Positions 60,218-64,000 of a stretch of 64,000 bases of DNA are shown one piece after another. Each line of letters starts with the position of its first letter. The first letter of the stretch is position 1. A program made the position numbers and the translations under genes. The notes beneath the pieces are model-generated. The model did not search any database. It was not told where the DNA came from and saw only the letters and a program-made list of their open reading frames with translations. Source of the stretch: a candidate division FCPU426 bacterium (GTDB lineage Bacteria > Oederibacteriota > Muellerivitia > Muellerivitales > Muellerivitaceae); the NCBI GenBank assembly GCA_963738405.1, contig CAVTWJ010000009.1, forward strand, positions 256,001 to 320,000, in the 5' to 3' direction.

Positions 60218-60219
60218 AA

Positions 60220-60278
60220 GTTTGAGTTGTTAGTTTTAGGTTCTTAAGAGTTAGAACTTCAAACTAAGCACTCAAAAC
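60220..60278. repeat. Heptamer-periodic palindrome between rimP and nusA
   Basis: GTTTGAGTTGTTAGTTTTAGGTTCT ... AGAACTTCAAACTAAGCACTCAAAAC. Confidence 0.65.
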
Positions 60279-60304
60279 ACAAATCTACATTGAGGGGTTT
60301 CGAA

Positions 60305-61633
60305 ATGGGTAACGAGCTGGCCTTGGTGATGAGCCAAATCGAACATACCAAGCGCATCGACAAGAAGCATCTCGTCGAGGCGATCCAAGCGGCTTTGTCC
60401 TCGGCCGCCAAGAAAATTTTCGGCGTGGGCCAGGAAGTGGAAGTGGAGTTCGACGAAACCAATTATGAGTTCCGCGCTTTTTACCTAAAGGAAGTGGTTC
60501 AAAAAGTCGAGGATCCGGGCACCCAGATCACCCTGGAAGAGGCGCGCAAGTTCGACAAAGAAATCGAGCTGGAAGGTGTGTTAAAAATCCGCATCCCGCC
60601 CGAACAGTTCGGCCGCATCGCAGCCCAAACCGCCAAACAAGTCATCGTCCAGCGTGTGCAAGATGCCGAGCGTCAAAGCGTGTACGACCAGTTCAAGGAA
60701 AAAGAAGGCGACCTCATCACTGGAAGCGTGCTCCGCTATGAGGGACGCAACGTCATCATCTCGCTCGGCGACACCGAGGCCCTGATGCCCGCCAAGGAAC
60801 AAGTTCCCCGTGAGCGTTATTCCACCGGCGAGCGCATGAAGTTCCTGGTGCTGGAAGTAAGAAAAACCATCAAGGGGCCGGCCATCATTGTGTCCCGCGC
60901 CCATCCCAATCTGGTCCGCAAACTCTTTGAGTTGGAAGTGCCCGAAATTTACGACGGCTCGGTCAAAATTGAGAGCGTGGCCCGCGAGGCGGGCGCCCGC
61001 ACCAAAATATCCGTGCGCGTCGTGGGCGACGACCGCATCGATCCCGTGGGCGCCTGCGTGGGCGTCAAGGGAATCCGCGTGCAAAATATCGTGGATGAGA
61101 TCCGCGGCGAGAAGGTCGACATTGTTCCTTGGGACGAGGAGCCCAGCACCTATTTAGCCAAGGCCCTGTCGCCCGCCCGTATCGCCCGCATTGTCCTCCA
61201 CGCCGACGCCGAGGTTCCCTCGGCCGAGGTGATTGTGCCCAACGACCAGCTGTCGCTCGCCATAGGCAAGAAGGGCCAGAACGCCCGCTTGGCCGCGCGC
61301 TTGACCGGCATCAAAATCGATATCAAAAACGAGGAACAGCACGCTCAGGAAGAAAGAGCCCGCATGGACGCCCACTTCCAGGAAGTATCCCAAGAAACGG
61401 CCGACGAAATTGCCGAGGCCAAGGTGGAAGCTCCTTCCGCAGAAGCGGCCGGAATGACCCAGGAAGAGAAATCATCCGCTCCCCCGGATGAGATCGACGA
61501 GGGTTCGGTGGAAGGTGCGGTTCCGCCCGACGCGCCCGCGCTGGCCAAGGATTTGGACGGACTTCCCGTGATTCCGCCTTCGCCTGAGGTTTCTCAAACG
61601 GTAGAACCCAGCGCCGAAATGGAGGGAATGTAA
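60305..61633 (+). CDS. nusA: Transcription termination/antitermination factor NusA
   Basis: [43 protein letters not shown]; acidic disordered tail. Confidence 0.97.
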   Translation: MGNELALVMSQIEHTKRIDKKHLVEAIQAALSSAAKKIFGVGQEVEVEFDETNYEFRAFYLKEVVQKVEDPGTQITLEEARKFDKEIELEGVLKIRIPPEQFGRIAAQTAKQVIVQRVQDAERQSVYDQFKEKEGDLITGSVLRYEGRNVIISLGDTEALMPAKEQVPRERYSTGERMKFLVLEVRKTIKGPAIIVSRAHPNLVRKLFELEVPEIYDGSVKIESVAREAGARTKISVRVVGDDRIDPVGACVGVKGIRVQNIVDEIRGEKVDIVPWDEEPSTYLAKALSPARIARIVLHADAEVPSAEVIVPNDQLSLAIGKKGQNARLAARLTGIKIDIKNEEQHAQEERARMDAHFQEVSQETADEIAEAKVEAPSAEAAGMTQEEKSSAPPDEIDEGSVEGAVPPDAPALAKDLDGLPVIPPSPEVSQTVEPSAEMEGM

Positions 61634-61639
61634 CCCCTC

Positions 61640-63901
61640 ATGGCTAAACGCATATTTGAATTCGCCAAAGAATTAGGCCTTCCTAGCAAGGAAGTCCTGG
61701 ACCGCTGCAAGAAACTGGGCTTTAACGTGCCCAGCCAGCTGACCCTGGTGGATGAGAAGATCCAGTCCGAAATCCGCAGGGATTTAGGTCTGGCGGATTT
61801 GATGGCGGCGGCCCCCGCGGCAGTCGCTCCTGCCCCGGCCTCCAAAACGCCCTCGGCGGCGCCAGGGGCGGTTCGCTCCACCACGAAAACCACTTCTCCC
61901 AGTTCCATGTCGCTCGCGGCGACCGCCACTTATCCGACGCTGGCTCCCTCCAAGGCCCCCGGCGCCAAGCCGGGAGCCCCGATGTACCGGCCCTCCCAGC
62001 CTGCGGCCAAACGAATCGGCCCCCGGCCCCATACCAAAGGCGGCCATGGCCTGGCCGCTGGCAGGCCCAAAACCGCCGCGGCCCTGGCGGCCAAGGCCGA
62101 ACCGGTGGAAGAGAAGTCGACCACCGATGAAAACGGCGAGCCTAAGATTCTGACCAAAATCAAAATCACCGAAGGGATCTCGGTCGCCGAACTGGCCCAG
62201 AAACTCAATGTGAAGGCCGGGGTGCTGATTAAGGAACTGCTCGACCTCAAGATTCTCGCCACCATCAACCAGCGCCTGGACATGACCGTCGCCGAGACTC
62301 TGGCTTCCGCCCACGACGCGGAAGTGGAAGTGGTTCCTCTGTTTGGGGCCGAAATGTTTGAGGAAGCGCCGGATGACCCGAAAGACCTGATGCCCCGTTC
62401 CCCGGTGGTCACCATCATGGGCCATGTGGACCATGGAAAAACCCTGCTGTTGGACGCCATCCGCAAGACCAAGGTGGCCGAGGGCGAAGCGGGCGGTATT
62501 ACCCAGCACATCGGCGCCTATCAAGTGAAACAAGACAAGGGAACCATCACCTTTTTGGATACCCCGGGCCACGAAGCCTTCACCCTCATGCGCGCCCGCG
62601 GCGCCAAGGCCACGGACATCGTGGTATTGGTGGTAGCGGCGGATGACGGCGTCATGCCCCAAACGCTGGAAGCCATTGACCACGCCAAAGAAGCCAAAGT
62701 GCCCATCCTGGTGGCCCTGAACAAGATCGATAAACCCGAAGCCAACCCCGACCGGGTGAAGACCCAATTGGCCGAGCGCGGTCTGCAGCCCGAGGAATGG
62801 GGCGGCAGCACTATTTTTGTGGAAGTCTCCGCCAAGAAACGCCTGAACCTCGAGAAGCTGCTTGAAATGATCCTGCTTCAAGCCGAAGTTCTGGAACTCA
62901 AAGCCAACCCGAACCGCGCCGCCAAGGGCGTGGTGCTGGAAGCCCGTCTGGACAAGGGCCGGGGGCCTGTGGCCACCCTGCTGGTGGAAAAGGGAACCCT
63001 TAAAATCGGCGACAACCTTTTGGCCGGAAACACTTACGGCCGGGTGAAGGCCATGCACGACGATTTGGGAAAACCCTCCAAGGCCGCCGGGCCCACCATG
63101 CCGGTGGAAATTCTGGGCCTCACCGACGTGCCCCGCGCGGGCGACGTTTTTTACGTGGTCACCGACCCCAAGATGGCGCGCGAGATTTCCTCCCGCCGCA
63201 CCGAGGCCCAGAAGGATAACCGCTTGGTGGGCGCCATGAAGCACATCACCCTCGACAACCTCTTTGAGCAGATCAAGGAAGGGCAGATCAAGGAACTCAA
63301 AGTTATCGTCAAGGGCGACGTGCAGGGATCGGTGGAGGCCCTGACCTCCTCCCTCGAGAAACTCTCGACCGAAAAGGTGGCCCTCCGGGTCATCCGATCC
63401 GGCACGGGCAATATCGTCAACTCGGACATTCTTCTGGCTTCCGCCTCCAACGCCATTATCGTGGGATTCAACGTGAAGGCCGATGGCAGCGCAAAGGAAA
63501 CGGCCGAGAAGGAAGATGTGGACGTCCGCACCTACAAAATCATCTACGACGCGGTGGAAGACGTGCGCAAAGCCATGGAAGGCTTGCTGGAACCCACCTA
63601 CCGCCAGGTGGCCTTGGGGCGCGCCGAAGTGCGTCAAGTGTTCAACACGCCCAAGGGCCCCATCGCGGGCTGCATGGTCACCAACGGCAAGATCACCAAC
63701 AAGGCCAAAATCAAGGTTCTGCGCGCTGAAACCCAAATTTTCGAGGGCGCGATCGGATCGCTCAAGCGGTTCAAGGACGACGTCAAGGAAGTCAACAACA
63801 GCTTTGAATGCGGTATCGGCATTGACGGTTTCGAGGATGTGCAGGTAGGCGACCAGCTGGAAGCCTATATCCTGGAAGCGGTCGCGGCCAAACTGGAATA
63901 A
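61640..63901 (+). CDS. infB: Translation initiation factor IF-2
   Basis: [46 protein letters not shown]. Confidence 0.98.
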   Translation: MAKRIFEFAKELGLPSKEVLDRCKKLGFNVPSQLTLVDEKIQSEIRRDLGLADLMAAAPAAVAPAPASKTPSAAPGAVRSTTKTTSPSSMSLAATATYPTLAPSKAPGAKPGAPMYRPSQPAAKRIGPRPHTKGGHGLAAGRPKTAAALAAKAEPVEEKSTTDENGEPKILTKIKITEGISVAELAQKLNVKAGVLIKELLDLKILATINQRLDMTVAETLASAHDAEVEVVPLFGAEMFEEAPDDPKDLMPRSPVVTIMGHVDHGKTLLLDAIRKTKVAEGEAGGITQHIGAYQVKQDKGTITFLDTPGHEAFTLMRARGAKATDIVVLVVAADDGVMPQTLEAIDHAKEAKVPILVALNKIDKPEANPDRVKTQLAERGLQPEEWGGSTIFVEVSAKKRLNLEKLLEMILLQAEVLELKANPNRAAKGVVLEARLDKGRGPVATLLVEKGTLKIGDNLLAGNTYGRVKAMHDDLGKPSKAAGPTMPVEILGLTDVPRAGDVFYVVTDPKMAREISSRRTEAQKDNRLVGAMKHITLDNLFEQIKEGQIKELKVIVKGDVQGSVEALTSSLEKLSTEKVALRVIRSGTGNIVNSDILLASASNAIIVGFNVKADGSAKETAEKEDVDVRTYKIIYDAVEDVRKAMEGLLEPTYRQVALGRAEVRQVFNTPKGPIAGCMVTNGKITNKAKIKVLRAETQIFEGAIGSLKRFKDDVKEVNNSFECGIGIDGFEDVQVGDQLEAYILEAVAAKLE

Positions 63902-64000
63902 CCCTCGGGACGGCCGATGTCGAATCATCCTGTTTTCCACCTCTCTTTACACACTCCCATCTCCAACTGGCATCCTCAGCCTCATGGCTTTATGATTTGG

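Noticed and set aside
61784..63940. 718-aa minus-strand ORF
   Set aside because: Antisense shadow of infB caused by codon bias; no recognisable motifs.

Overview
Bacterial chromosomal window, moderately GC-rich, from an apparently diderm organism: it has several beta-barrel-type outer-membrane proteins, lipoproteins and a GT9 heptosyltransferase-like gene. It nevertheless carries a Firmicutes-like core gene order (lepA-lepB-hemW-hrcA-grpE-dnaK; dxr-rseP...ispG-proS...polC-rimP-nusA-infB) and a PolC that lacks its exonuclease domain. The most notable accessory content is a candidate glycan-capture system. Part 1 is a ~10.4-kb operon (14.9-25.3 kb) of three paralogous SLH-like/Pro-rich/coiled-coil/beta-barrel proteins bracketed by three CBM11/CIA30-like lipoproteins. 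Part 2 is three secreted clan GH-A glycoside hydrolases (41-49.6 kb) with Thr/Pro linkers and a shared T9SS-CTD-like C-terminal domain. Part 3 is a LacI regulator whose upstream operator-like motif recurs before the hydrolase genes. Also present are an RlmD methyltransferase fused to a membrane-anchored GH-like domain, a 144-bp MITE with a TTAA duplication, and a family of periodic-repeat intergenic palindromes. No rRNA, tRNA or CRISPR array was seen. All family assignments come from motif recognition by eye; no searches were run.
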